A DNA stretch of 54,810 nucleotides, the filler included, from Circinaria calcarea (taxonomy: Eukaryota), in NCBI GenBank assembly GCA_051942165.1. It is 3 parts of 3 records of this genome, joined end to end, with 100 filler letters (N's around TTAATTAATTAA, not from the genome) between each part and the next. Parts side by side here need not be neighbours in the genome. Positions count along the whole stretch, not along the records: positions 1 to 18,310 come from JAVECS010000239.1; 2 more parts are not named here. One strand, 5' to 3'. Positions 1 through 11,664 of the stretch are shown here, piece after piece. Each line of letters begins with the position of its first letter. Positions within the stretch are counted from its first letter, which is position 1. A program made the translations under genes and the position numbers. The notes beneath the pieces are model-generated. The model saw only the letters and a list, made by a program, of their open reading frames with translations. It made no database searches and was not told the origin of the DNA.

Positions 1-141
1 AAGATTTCAGAAAATATGGAGGATTAAGACCATTTTTACCTTTAACTTATTCAGTTATGCTAATAGCTTCTCTTAGCTTAGTAGCTTTCCCGTTCATGAC
101 AGGATTCTATAGTAAAGACTTTATATTAGAATCTGCTTATG
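1..141 (+). repeat. Terminal direct repeat, copy 1 (nad5 coding sequence)
   Basis: 1-141 is identical to 18170-18310 and encodes [16 protein letters not shown]...[10 protein letters not shown]. Confidence 0.97.
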
Positions 142-1460
142 TAGAAGGCATTAAATACTTTAAGGCCTATGGAGCTATGTTATTCGATGGTGATCTAGCA
201 AAGAAATCTATTAATCATAGGGTTCAATGAATAGATAAAAACCGAGATTATATAGTTAATTTTGAAAACAACGACATTATTGATAAGGCTGACCAGGATA
301 CTAAAGCTTGTTTTGTGTCCTTTTGTTTTGAGTATAAACGTTTTATCGAATTTATGAACAATTTGGAACAAGTCGAATTTAAAACTAATTTACCTATACA
401 ATTAGATGCAAGTTGTAATGGGTATCAGCATATTACACTGCTAACAAAGCAAAAAGCTTTGTTTGATAAACTTAATATTAGTCCTTCTACCAAGGATGAT
501 CATCCTCAGTATTTCTATGCTTATATGCTTATAAAGATGAACGAGCATCTTACTACTAGATTGGGTGGATCCGTGGAGCTAGATCCTTCTGAAAAGGAAA
601 GTTACCTAAGATTAATGAATAATGGTTTGACTAGAAAAAATGTAAAAAAATGTGTAATGACTAAGTCTTACAATGCTACATCCCCCAAAATGGCTGCTTA
701 TATTATTGAGCTTATGTATTCACATAAAAAGACCGTATAAGTGATAGAGTCAGATAACAAGGTTTTAAAATAAATTGAGGTTTATTCAACGGATGAGAAC
801 AGCACTGAGACATATATTACTAAAGAAGATGTATATACGTTTGTTAGAATGTTTAATGCAGTGTTGGATAGAGTTTTCCCTAAATTCAAATTCCTAAATG
901 ATTATACTAAAGCCATTGTTAATATATTTTCAAAATTAAATATACCTATACCTTGAACACTCTAGAGTGGAGCTCTAATTAGTCAAAGTTATTTTAACTA
1001 TAACTCTGTAAAGTTAAAACCTTTTAGTTTTATAAATTCGAAATACAGCTTTAGAACTATAATTAAGGATGAGTTTAGGACAGAGAAACAAAGAAGTTCT
1101 ATCATGCCGAATCTAATTCATTCTTTAGATGCTAGTTCCATAGCTATTTTGTACAGTTATTTAAGCAAAAATAAAATAACTGATATCTATACTGTACATG
1201 ATTGTTTTGCTGTAACCGCTAAAGTCGTGGAGACTTTAATTTCAGATCTAAAAAGTGTATATTTATACATATACACCGGGTCTGAATATATAACTAACTT
1301 AGATAATCATATTAAAGAAACAATAATTAGTCAGTTTGGAAAAGATAAATTCAGTTCAGACGGTAAATATGTTTATGTGGGTGAAAGTAAGAAAATACTT
1401 TTCCCAGATATTACATCTATAACTAAAGATAAGTCTTGCATTAAAGGACTAACTAAGGGG
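142..1460 (+). pseudogene. rpo: Linear-plasmid-type T7-like single-subunit RNA polymerase, C-terminal half (3' end approximate)
   Basis: One frame holds motif A PIQLDASCNGYQH, motif B RKNVKKCVMTKSYNA, and PNLIHSLDAS...YTVHDCF (motif C). In-frame stops: TAA 738, TAA 771, TAG 963. The N-terminal half is absent. Confidence 0.92.
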
Positions 1461-1680
1461 GAACCAGGCAAACTAGTAATTTCTGATCGTGACGTTATGA
1501 AGGAAAGACACCTTTGATGCAAGAATCTCATTTATTCTCATCTAACTTTTCTTCCTTTCGACGACGGGAGAGAACGCATTTTCTAGTCGAAAGTTTGATT
1601 CTGTAATCGCGCTTTTTTGCTTAATCAAACTCCTTTGAATTTAAGAGGTCTACTACTTACTGCAAATGTTCTTGATAATC

Positions 1681-1781
1681 TGTTATTTTTTGTCATTTTT
1701 TTGTATTTTATTTTTTTTATATACTGTGAACACAATACTAGTTTTTTTTAATTATCCATAAGAGACTAAATAAACCTTATT
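1681..1781 (-). repeat. Degenerate ~100-bp direct repeat, copy A (leader plus ATG on minus strand)
   Basis: Shares TGTTATT.TTTGTCAT, TGTATTTTA, ATATACTGTG.ACACAATACTAGTTTTTTT and TAAACCTTATT blocks with 2423-2529. Confidence 0.85.
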
Positions 1782-1802
1782 TATTTTACATTATTAACTG
1801 TT

Positions 1803-2438
1803 TTATCTTTTACGATTAATATGTTTGAAAAATCAACGTAATTTACGTGTTCGACGGAATAAGTTAGGTAACTCTTTCTCGAAATCCTTTTTAATTTCAG
1901 ATCAGATGCGTATGTTACGATCATATGTATTTTTAAATTCTTGGTAAGAACCAAATTCGTCTGAGTGTTGCTTTCAAATAATTCACAAAAATCTGCGTTT
2001 AGCCTTAGATTTAAAATCTTTTAAAGCAGGATTGTCACTTGTAATAGTATGATCCACTCTTTCAGACTGACTAGTTTGAAAGGGAGGATAATTAGAATGT
2101 GAACGTCTAGGTCTTTCATTAGACCTATCATCAGTTAAACGAGATGGATCTGGAAGTTCCCTTATCTCATGTAAAGACACATCTAACTTAGGGTAAACCA
2201 TTTCAAATATATCCATAATTAGAGGGCGTATAAAAGAAACTAAAAGACCAATAAGGAAAAAATCCTTAAAACTAGATAAATCGTAGCTAAAGTAATGGAC
2301 GATATATAACCTGACCGAGAAAGAAAGAACTAAAGTAATAGATAAGATAGCTAAGCTTCGAAGAGAAAATAAATTACGAATATTTGAAATCAACCTGGAT
2401 GCGCTATTATTATTATTATTTATGTTATTATTTGTCAT
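1803..2438 (-). CDS. Hypothetical 211-aa membrane protein (orf211), probably plasmid-derived
   Basis: The 151-aa track ORF reads through TGA codons to TAA at 1803-1805. It has two N-terminal hydrophobic segments and a Trp-rich basic C-terminus (RRFLWIIWKQHSDEFGSYQEFK...IWSEIKK), and lies between rpo and dpo. Confidence 0.7.
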
Positions 2439-2529
2439 TGTATTTTATGTTAATTATATATATACTGTGTACACAATACTAGTTTTTTTATTTCTAAATT
2501 AAATTACAAGGCACTAGCTAAACCTTATT
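2423..2529 (-). repeat. Degenerate ~100-bp direct repeat, copy B (leader plus ATG of orf211)
   Basis: Matches 1681-1781 and contains the orf211 start codon. Confidence 0.85.
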
Positions 2530-2647
2530 ATTTTCTTTTTACAACAATCGTTGGATATTAGGTTAAAGACACACTATGAGACAAATACATCCATGTAAAA
2601 GCCGTTCACTGCCTCCTATAATAAATAACAAAGTAAGATTGAGGTGA

Positions 2648-2673
2648 GGGGAGGGGAGGGGAGGGGAGGGGGG
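2648..2673 (+). repeat. (GGGGA)4GGGGGG G-tract array
   Basis: Five runs of four or more G separated by single A, in AT-rich DNA. Confidence 0.9.
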
Positions 2674-2685
2674 TTCACCCCTCTA

Positions 2686-4946
2686 TTACGCCACCAAATG
2701 GTGAATAGGGTAAGTGCTTATTGTACCAGTTTTAGTTCTAACGGGTAAAAGTCCTAAGTAATTGTGTTCAGGAGCTTTCACGTCACAGTAAAAAAAACCA
2801 AATAACTCTTCCAAGTTAGCTTTTTTATTTATGTACTCTTGTTTATGACATTGTAACCCAACCATATCATTCAAAGACACATAAGGGTATAGAGAATTTA
2901 CATCATAATAATATAAATTATTACCATAGGGTTTGTAAACTTCCGTATTCCCCCCATAATAACCTAATTTTATATCTTTATAAATTGCTCTTTTATTAAT
3001 ATGAGGAATGGGTTTATCTACACTTAAATAGTCTTTACTGAATATCTCATATGCCAATTTAGATATTGTTAGACATTTAGTCATTTTAACATCAAAATCC
3101 AAAAATAAAGTTCTATTTACTTTTACTAATACTTGATAAAGACTGATCAAATCTTTTGATAGATAAATCAATGATTCTTCTTTAAAATTTCAGATATCTT
3201 TCTTTAGACTATTATTATATACTTCTTGGTTAACTATTTTTGTGTTGTAATAATTGATGCTAGGTGTGGATCCTATGTAAAACAAAGTGTCTTTACTTGC
3301 AAATTTATGTGGGAAATCTCCTTTACTTACAGGTAGATCATACTTGATACACAATTCCTTTAAACTATCCGTTAAAATACAATAACTATCTAATATATTT
3401 ACTGCATATAATTTGTCATCTATCTTACGTTTAATAGTCAATTTTAGTATAACATCATCTCTACATACAATTTTTAATATATAAGGGTTGTTGTTTTTTA
3501 CTTTATTATATTCTAATATAGCTTTTATGATAAAAACACTATCAAACCTACCAAAATTATGAGCGTAAAATGTCGTACCACTATACTTAGGTCTAAGCAT
3601 TTCATCCACACAATTAAGTACTATTTCATCACTATTTAATGGTTTAGCATCAATGTAGTATAAAACAGGCTTATTATCCAAATTAGTTAAAAACCCTAAT
3701 GCATATACTTTAGCTAAATTATTTACATTATAAGTTTATAGATCTATGACTCCAATCCTAACATCCTCAATAATAGTAACTGTATCCACATAGTGTTCTT
3801 TTTTTATAGGTAATAAACTAATATTTTTATCACTAAAAACAATATTATTGTTCTCAATTAAAAATGTGTAATCTCCGAACTTTCTAGTATAAAGATTATT
3901 CCCTATATTAATATCCTCAACCTCACCTAAAAACACACCGTATATAGAATAAGCTTTCTTTATGAATTTATTTGTATTAATTATATCTATAATAGATATA
4001 ATGTCTACCCCCGCACATTTATCTGGAAAAATAGCTGTTTACTATGAAAAGATGGTGACTTTATTTTATCCGGTAATAAAGAATTATTTTTATTAAAGTT
4101 TTCTATAAAATCTATATATCCATCTTGATTAGGTTTTTTTACCAACGTTAATACACTATTAACTCTATTACCTTGTGTAAATACCTCAAGTGGTTTACCA
4201 TATTCAACTAAATCCAAAGTTAAGGGAAAATATGGAGATATTCTTTTTATATTGATATACTCCTTTTTAGATAGTTTAGGTTTAAGAACATCAATTCTTA
4301 ATTTTTCTAACTCTCCGTATACAACCTCTCTATATAATATTTGGACTAAGAGTACATCAATTTCACTTAAACGGTACTTGTCTAATGTAATAAACAACCT
4401 GGAAATTATAGTCTCTCTTAAAATGTTAAAGCTAAGACTATCTGCGTAGTTATCATAACTAAATGAAAATTGTTTATCTAACATAGCAAAATCATCTTCA
4501 TTATACCTAATTTTAATTAACATCTGATATTGTACTCTTACTTCCATATTTTCTATAATATATCTTGTGAATATATCTATATCTAGTAGTTCTTCGACAC
4601 TTAATCAAAAAAAAAAAAAAAATAATAACATTAATGTTTTAAATAAAACTGTTAAGTTATTTAAAACATTCTCCAGAAAACTGTCTTTTTGTGCTACACA
4701 TTCTGGGCAAAATAATACAGCTTCTGTTTCAAACTTTAGCTTTGGATATGATTTTTCCACTCTTAGTAATAACATAGATAGCATTAACAAGTGATTAGTC
4801 ATCTTGTATTTTCTTTTAATCTTTCTTTTTGGATTATCTTTATTAATAATGTTATTTTTTTTTTTATTTGGTGGGTTCCGCAATAGCTTATCTAATGAGG
4901 TTTTTAGGGATGTTGTTGCTTTATTAATTAAACCTTTACCTTTCAT
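2686..4946 (-). pseudogene. dpo: Linear-plasmid protein-primed family B DNA polymerase, 3'-truncated
   Basis: ExoI IGVIDL*TY (nonsense at the Glu position, 3736-3738), ExoII FYAHNFGRFDS, ExoIII YLSKD, then YYGGNTEVY and YYYDVNSLYP. Frameshift in a G-run near 4008. Homology ends after LPVRTKTG (~2723), so the later polymerase motifs are missing. Confidence 0.93.
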
Positions 4947-5313
4947 AAAGTTTATATTATCTACTCTTTAGAGTTCCATTTCACAACTATTACCTATAAT
5001 TTTACAAGTTGTAGACTATGTGAACCGCTTACCCGATGAAAGCTTTTTAAAGGAAAAATGACTTTATTAAGTTTTATTCTACCGTTAGCTCTTACTATAA
5101 TAACAGCTATGGGGATTGTTGGTAAAGAGATTACCACGACCGTTGGGCAAGCATCCAAAATTTACATGGAGTCTTTTGTAATTATGTTATAAAAGTTTCT
5201 TTTTTTTATAAGGCATGGTATAGTAAAATATACTATATAAGTATATTGACCTTTTAAAATTTATTTTAAAACTTTTGGGGATAAATTCTATTAATCCCTT
5301 TTTTTTTATTAAA

Positions 5314-7005
5314 ATCCTAATTTTTTCTCTTTTATCATTATTATTATCTAATGCCGTCACATTACGACGAGACAAATCTATTTTATATTCACGTATTACT
5401 ATAACTATCTTGGTTACCTCTTCTGTTCTAGCTCTTGAAAATCTAAATATGACATCCCTAGAAAAAGGGATAGGTTTGTATGGAGGTCTTTTTCATGCTA
5501 CATCAACTAGCCAAACTTTTCAAATATTTATCTTTTTAATAAGTGCTGCTATTTTACAATTAAGTGGTTTTTACCCTCGAAGAGTTTGAGTAAAAGAATC
5601 TTCAAGTTTTTCTAAACTATTTACATATAAATTTCTATATTTTAAAACAAAAATAATAAACAAAATGGGAGAACAATATAAAATAATTGAGTATCCCTTA
5701 ATTATTTTGTTTATAATAACTGGAGCTACATTTTTAGTATCTAGCAGTGATATAGTTTCTATTTTTTTGTCAATAGAGTTACAAAGTTATGGTTTATATC
5801 TGCTATCGACACTATATAGAAACTCGGAGTTAGCTACCTCCGCCGGTCTTACTTATTTCTTATTAGGTGGTTTATCTTCTTGCTTTATTCTTTTAGGTAC
5901 AAGTTTATTATATGCTAACTCAGGTAGTACTAGTTTAGATGGATACTATGTAATAACTAGTTTATCCGATTTAGCCCAAAATAATATTAATAATGTTATC
6001 TCTTGATCAAAAGCTAATTATCTGAATCTTTCTCTACTTATAATGTCAGTAGGTTTTTTATTCAAAGTTAGTGCCGCACCTTTTCACTTTTGAAGCCCGG
6101 ATGTTTATGATGCTCTACCTACTATAGTAACAACCTTTGTTGCAATAATCTCTAAAATATCTATTTTAATATTCTTATTTGAATTAGTTCACTTTACAAG
6201 TAATTCCTCTTTCGCCTTTAATTTTAATTGAACATCTAGCTTATTAATTAGTTCTTTATTATCTTTAATAATAGGTACAGTACTAGGTTTAACTCAATCT
6301 AGAATAAAAAGATTGTTCGCCTATAGTACTATATCACACATAGGATTTATATTATTAGCTTTAAGTATAAATACTTTAGAGTCTATTATAGCCTTTATTT
6401 TTTACTTAATGCAATATTCCATTGTAAATTTAAATGCTTTCATCTTATTAGTTAGTATAGGATTTTCATTATACCCATATACAAATGAGGATAAAAGCTA
6501 TGAAAAGTTATTAGATAGAAACAACTCTCCAATACAGCTTATTAGTCAAATAAAGGGTTATTTTTATCTTAATCCAGTTTTAGCTTTAAGTTTAGGGTTA
6601 ACTATCTTTTCCTTTGTTGGTATACCACCTTTAATAGGATTCTTTGCGAAACAAATGGTGCTAAGTGCTGCATTAGATAGTGGTTATGTTTTTTTAACTT
6701 TAGTAGCTATATTAACTAGTGTTATAAGTGCAGTTTATTATTTAAGTGTAATAAAACAAATCTTTTTTGATAAATTTGAATATAATTTAAATCCAGAATT
6801 TGAAGATCTTATATTACATGGCAGTATTTTAAAGAAAACTATTTTAAAAGAAAAAATAACATTTAAGGTTGAAAATATCGTCTTATCAAGTTCTTTAACT
6901 ATTACTATTTCTCTTTTAACTCTAATAATTTTATTATTTATCTTTAACCCCCAAGAATGATTAAGTATGGCTAATATATTAGCACTTATCATGTTTAATC
7001 CATAA
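5314..7005 (+). CDS. nad2: NADH dehydrogenase subunit 2 (no ATG at the expected start; ATC assumed)
   Basis: Continuous frame with TGA=Trp: [60 protein letters not shown]. Ends TAA directly before the nad3 ATG. Confidence 0.96.
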
Positions 7006-10000
7006 ATGACTAGTACAACATTCTTTTTTGTTTTTATACCGTTATTAGCCTTTATATTACTAGCTATTAACTTAATTTTTGCTCCACATAATCCTTATTC
7101 TGAAAAAGATAGTGCCTTTGAATGTGGTTTTCATTCCTTTTTAGGACAAAATCGAACTCAATTTAGTATCTCTTTCTTTATTTTCGCCTTATTATTCTTA
7201 CTTTTTGATTTAGAAATTTTATTAGTTTATCCTTATATAGTTAGTGCTTACAGTAATGACATGTATGGTTTATTGATTATGCTTATTTTTTTCGGAGTTT
7301 TAACCCTAGGTTTTGCATTTGAGTTAGGTAAAAATGCGCTTAAGATAGATAGTAGACAGATGTACAGTGTTGCTGCTAAACAGTCACAAGTTAAGAGTTA
7401 TTACTCTAGTTTTGCATATATACTACCTCTTACGATTTTGGACACATTAACTAATGCATTTAATTTTGTTATAGATAATACTAGTTTAAACTCTTATTTT
7501 TTTATTATATTTATTTTGTTATTAGTATTTTGTTTTTTACTTATCGCATTAAGCACATTTAGGATACTGGCTTCTATTCCAGTGCCAGTGTTAGATACAC
7601 GAAATGAAGCTTATGTTAAAAATAATAAAATAAAATATCGTCGTGTAAAAAGAGATAAAATCACCTCTATTAAGTTAGGTGATTTGGATAATGAGGTCCT
7701 TACTTATAGGGGTCGGGCTCTTATTCAAAATGGTAAGAAAGTGTATCCTCAGATTAAAAAAAATCCTAGTTTAAAATCAGATTCTAATTTTAAAAGATGT
7801 GTAAATCACATCTTTTCTGATAGATCTGTAATTAAATGGACACTATTAATAATTTTAAATATAGGTTTAATACCTTTAATAATGTTTATAGGTCTGGTGT
7901 GTTGCGGAAATAGCATTTTGGCTAGTCTAACTGAAACCTTAAGTTTGGAAACTTTGGATTCTAGCTTTTTAAATCTATTTAATTATGGCTTTAATTTAAT
8001 CATTTGTATTTATAAAAATTCTGATTTTATCATAGAAAGTTTTTTTGACTGTTTAAAGAGTAATCCTTGAATTGGTGTATTTTTCATCTTAAAATACAAT
8101 TTAATAAACATAATGACAATTAATTTATTTAGGAAAAAACCTACTAATAATAGTAATTTTCTGGTTTTTATTATTAGATTTATAATAAGTATTGTTATCC
8201 ATACGTGAAAGGATAGAAAATTCCTAGTCAAATATTTAGCGGTTATATCATCCTATAAAAAAGAATTTTTAAGTATATTGGCTATGTTGTGAATGTCCGT
8301 ATTTATAAACAGGGCTTTATACCATAATATGATGACAACAGATTACGATATAAATAATACATGATTGCAGCAATTTGATATGTTGTTTTCTACGTTTTGG
8401 ATCATTTCTATCACAGCTTATTGTCTATTTAAATTGTTTAGAGCCAAAAAGCTAGAAAATAAATCACCTTCATTTTTAGATTTACGTGAATTCACTAAGA
8501 GTCTTACTTTTATAAATTTCTTTTCTTGTTGTGTGATGTACTTTTTATGTTTATATTATATTTCACCATATTATATCTTAATATTTTCCTCTTTAGGATG
8601 TTTATCATTTGATACATTTGTAAACACATCCGGGTTAATCTTAAAATTTCATCCTGCCTTAAAATCTATTCATGCAATATTTGAATATAAATATTTTGCA
8701 AATTTTAAACGAAATACTTCTTTTTTGTATTTACATGAAAAGAGGCTATCTGGACCAGTAGATAAATTAGTCACGGTAATAAGATCACCAGTGTCTTTAA
8801 ACAAAAACATAGTTCTAAGACAAAATGCTAAAGCATTAAACAATGTTGCTAGTTTGCTTGTTGACAGAGGCGTATTTAAAGAGACTATATTATATGTAAA
8901 GCCATGTTTTGTATTTTCTGCTATTTCCGGTAAAAATATTTTTTCTATCAGTTCTAATAAGGGTAATACAGATTATATACATTTTGTTGAGACAGACGAA
9001 AATAAAAAGTCAGAATTATGTGATATATTAAAGATTTACAGCAAGAAAAACATATTCCAAATTCCATTTAGAAATATAGATTATTATTGTGTAGTAAAAA
9101 ACAGATGTATTATTACCAATTGTAATGATATGAAAAATGCCTTTCAGAATAAAGAAATTTTAGGTATTGGTAAAAAGATCCCAAATTTAAATATTATGAA
9201 AAATGCAATCGCCCCTTTAGATAACAAGAAGTTAGAAGATTGTCAAAAGTTACTTAAATTTGGTTTAAGAAGTCGTGATAATTTGCCAGTTTCTAATGAA
9301 TTATTATCTTACATTAAACCAAATAATAAGGATTATAGTTTGGAGGATCTGTCTGTTTATAATAAGTCATCACCTCCTTTTTTAAATATATTAAAGGGTA
9401 AAATATTTGATACTAATGATATGTTTATAAATGAAGTTGGGATGAATAATTTTTACAATGACATCATTGTAAATATGGTGCACACAAATTCTTTGGATTT
9501 ACAAAATATAAATAATGGGAACCTTTCCAGAAATGTTCATAAGAGCAGTGGTCTTTATTTGGATAGAAATAACAGATTAATTTATATTTTTTCAGAAAAA
9601 ACTTTAAATGCTTTAAATGCTAACCATGTTGAGATTGGCAATTTGTATTATAGCACAACAAAAAACGTTACAAAACGACTAGTAAAAGGAAAGCCCCAAA
9701 ATCCTTTGTATTATATTAGTTTTAAAACAAATACATATACTGAAGACAGTATAGCTTTATTTACTAAAGAAGAAAATGATTACATAAGGTCCGATTTATA
9801 CGGTAGCATTTTTAAGTTAGACCAGAGCGTAAAAAGTGAATTAGAAAATATTTACTACACTCCTGCAGCAAAGAGTAAATCTGCAGGGGTCTTTCATAAA
9901 TTAGATTTAACTAAGTCAATAGATAAAGAAAAACCATTATACTTTCGTCTTAAATTGGGTAATACTACTAAGTATGTACCTACCAATTATAAGATATGCA

Positions 10001-11664
10001 GAAAGGGACCTCTTATTCTCGCTAGTTCCGCATTTAACGAAGCTGAAAATATCTCATCACTAGAACTACAATCTGTTCAGTTATTGGCTCTAGAACTAAT
10101 GAATGATAAATACGATTCATTAGATTCTACACCTAGTGACTTATCATATTATAATATAGAAAAACATGATTTACCAGTAAATTTTGTTCTCGAGAATTAT
10201 GAATTAATATATAAAATGGATCGGAATATAAAAGATATTATAGAAAATCCCAGAGAAAAATATAAAAATCTATATTATAGTTATAATTATGGTAATCATA
10301 TATTAATGCACCACAATATGTATACTGAAAAACCTATCAATTTATATCAAAAAAAATTACTTGAGAATAATACTGTGAAATTTGTAGAAAACGAATTTAG
10401 TGGTTGCATAATTAGTCTAGATAATGAAATTAAAAGCAAATTAAAAAGTTTTTGAGTACAACAAAAAAAAAGTTTGCCTTATAAGCCGTTTGATTTATCC
10501 TTCAAATATAAATCCGATTACCCTATCTATACAGAAGGATTTTACCCAGAAGATAATACTAATTATGTCTTAACTGATGCTAGCACAAAAGTGCATAATG
10601 TGTCTTTAATACTATCTGTAAATTATCAATCTCCTATTTATAAAGACCCATCTCAAATACCTATAGTCCAGTTTCCTATACCTGCTCCCCTGGAAATTCC
10701 GGAAAATGCTAATACAAGGAAAAGAAGGGGAAACAGTAGTGCCAGTACGGTGGATACTGAAACTTCTACTTCAGACCTTAGCTCTCCGCCTCAAACTATT
10801 GAAAGTTTATCAGAAGGAAATGTTGATCCGCCGAGAAATACATCTTCTCTTAATTTTAATGATTTTAATGATTTTAATGATTTGGGGCCAAATTATGATG
10901 ATTTATACGATGCAACACCAGCAACGAGCCCTAGGATTAGACCATTAACCACTGATAATCTTAACAATTTTACTAATAATACGAATTTATTGCCAGATAT
11001 TGGTATGATAGAGGAAAGGGATAATATGGATAATTTTTTAAATCCAGAGTTAGGAATAGTTGATTTAGATCCCAATTTTGATTTTAATTTAGGAATGGAT
11101 CACAATTTTGATTTTAATTTCGGAATGGATCACAATTTTGATTTTAATTTAGAAATTGATCACAATTTTGATCACAATTATGATCTCAATTTAGTATTTG
11201 ATCCCAATTTAGAATTTTATTCTGGTCAAAATTTAGAATATGACCCGTCTATAAATACCATATTTAATAAAATAGATATTACTTATAAATTTTTCAAAGA
11301 TCTAAATGGTAATTCAAAATTTGCTCTATATGATGCAGAGGATACTAGCTGTATAAGACTAAAATCATTATACCCTGAGGATAATTGGATAATAGTTCCA
11401 ACAATAGATAATACATATCCTGAAGCAGTGTTAGTTTGCAAAAATTCTGCAGAGATTGTAGATACTTTTAGGCCGGGACATAAAAGACAAAACAGAATAA
11501 TCTGCCCATGACCTAATGAGGACGCATTAGCAGTTATTACAAATGAAGGCTTTAGTTTAACACACTTAGGTTTAGAAATAGAACCTTATTATCATAAGCT
11601 AGGTCAAAAATTTGTTAAGTTAAATATACCTGAACCTTATAGTGATACAGTGTTAAACATTTAA
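7006..11664 (+). CDS. nad3: NADH dehydrogenase subunit 3 with a ~1,430-aa in-frame C-terminal extension (1552 aa)
   Basis: Residues ~1-118 are typical Nad3 (APHNPYSEKDSAFECGF, FLLFDLEILL, FELGKNALKIDSRQ). Track ORFs 7006-8070, 8365-10455 and 10474-11511 share a frame and are separated only by TGA. First TAA/TAG is at 11662-11664. Confidence 0.92.
11068..11172 (+). repeat. 30-bp coding tandem repeat, ~3.5 copies (D[PH]NFDFN[LF][GE][MI])
   Basis: GATC(C/A)CAATTTTGATTTTAATTT... units start at 11068, 11098, 11128 and 11158, followed by degenerate copies. Confidence 0.92.

Noticed and set aside
5058..5192. 44-codon hydrophobic ORF (MTLLSFILPLALTIITAMGIVGKE...) as atp8
   Set aside because: It lacks the MPQL start and basic tail of Atp8 and is too short to support otherwise.
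11068..11172. CRISPR-like array
   Set aside because: The 30-bp units are head to tail with no unique spacers and lie inside a coding frame.
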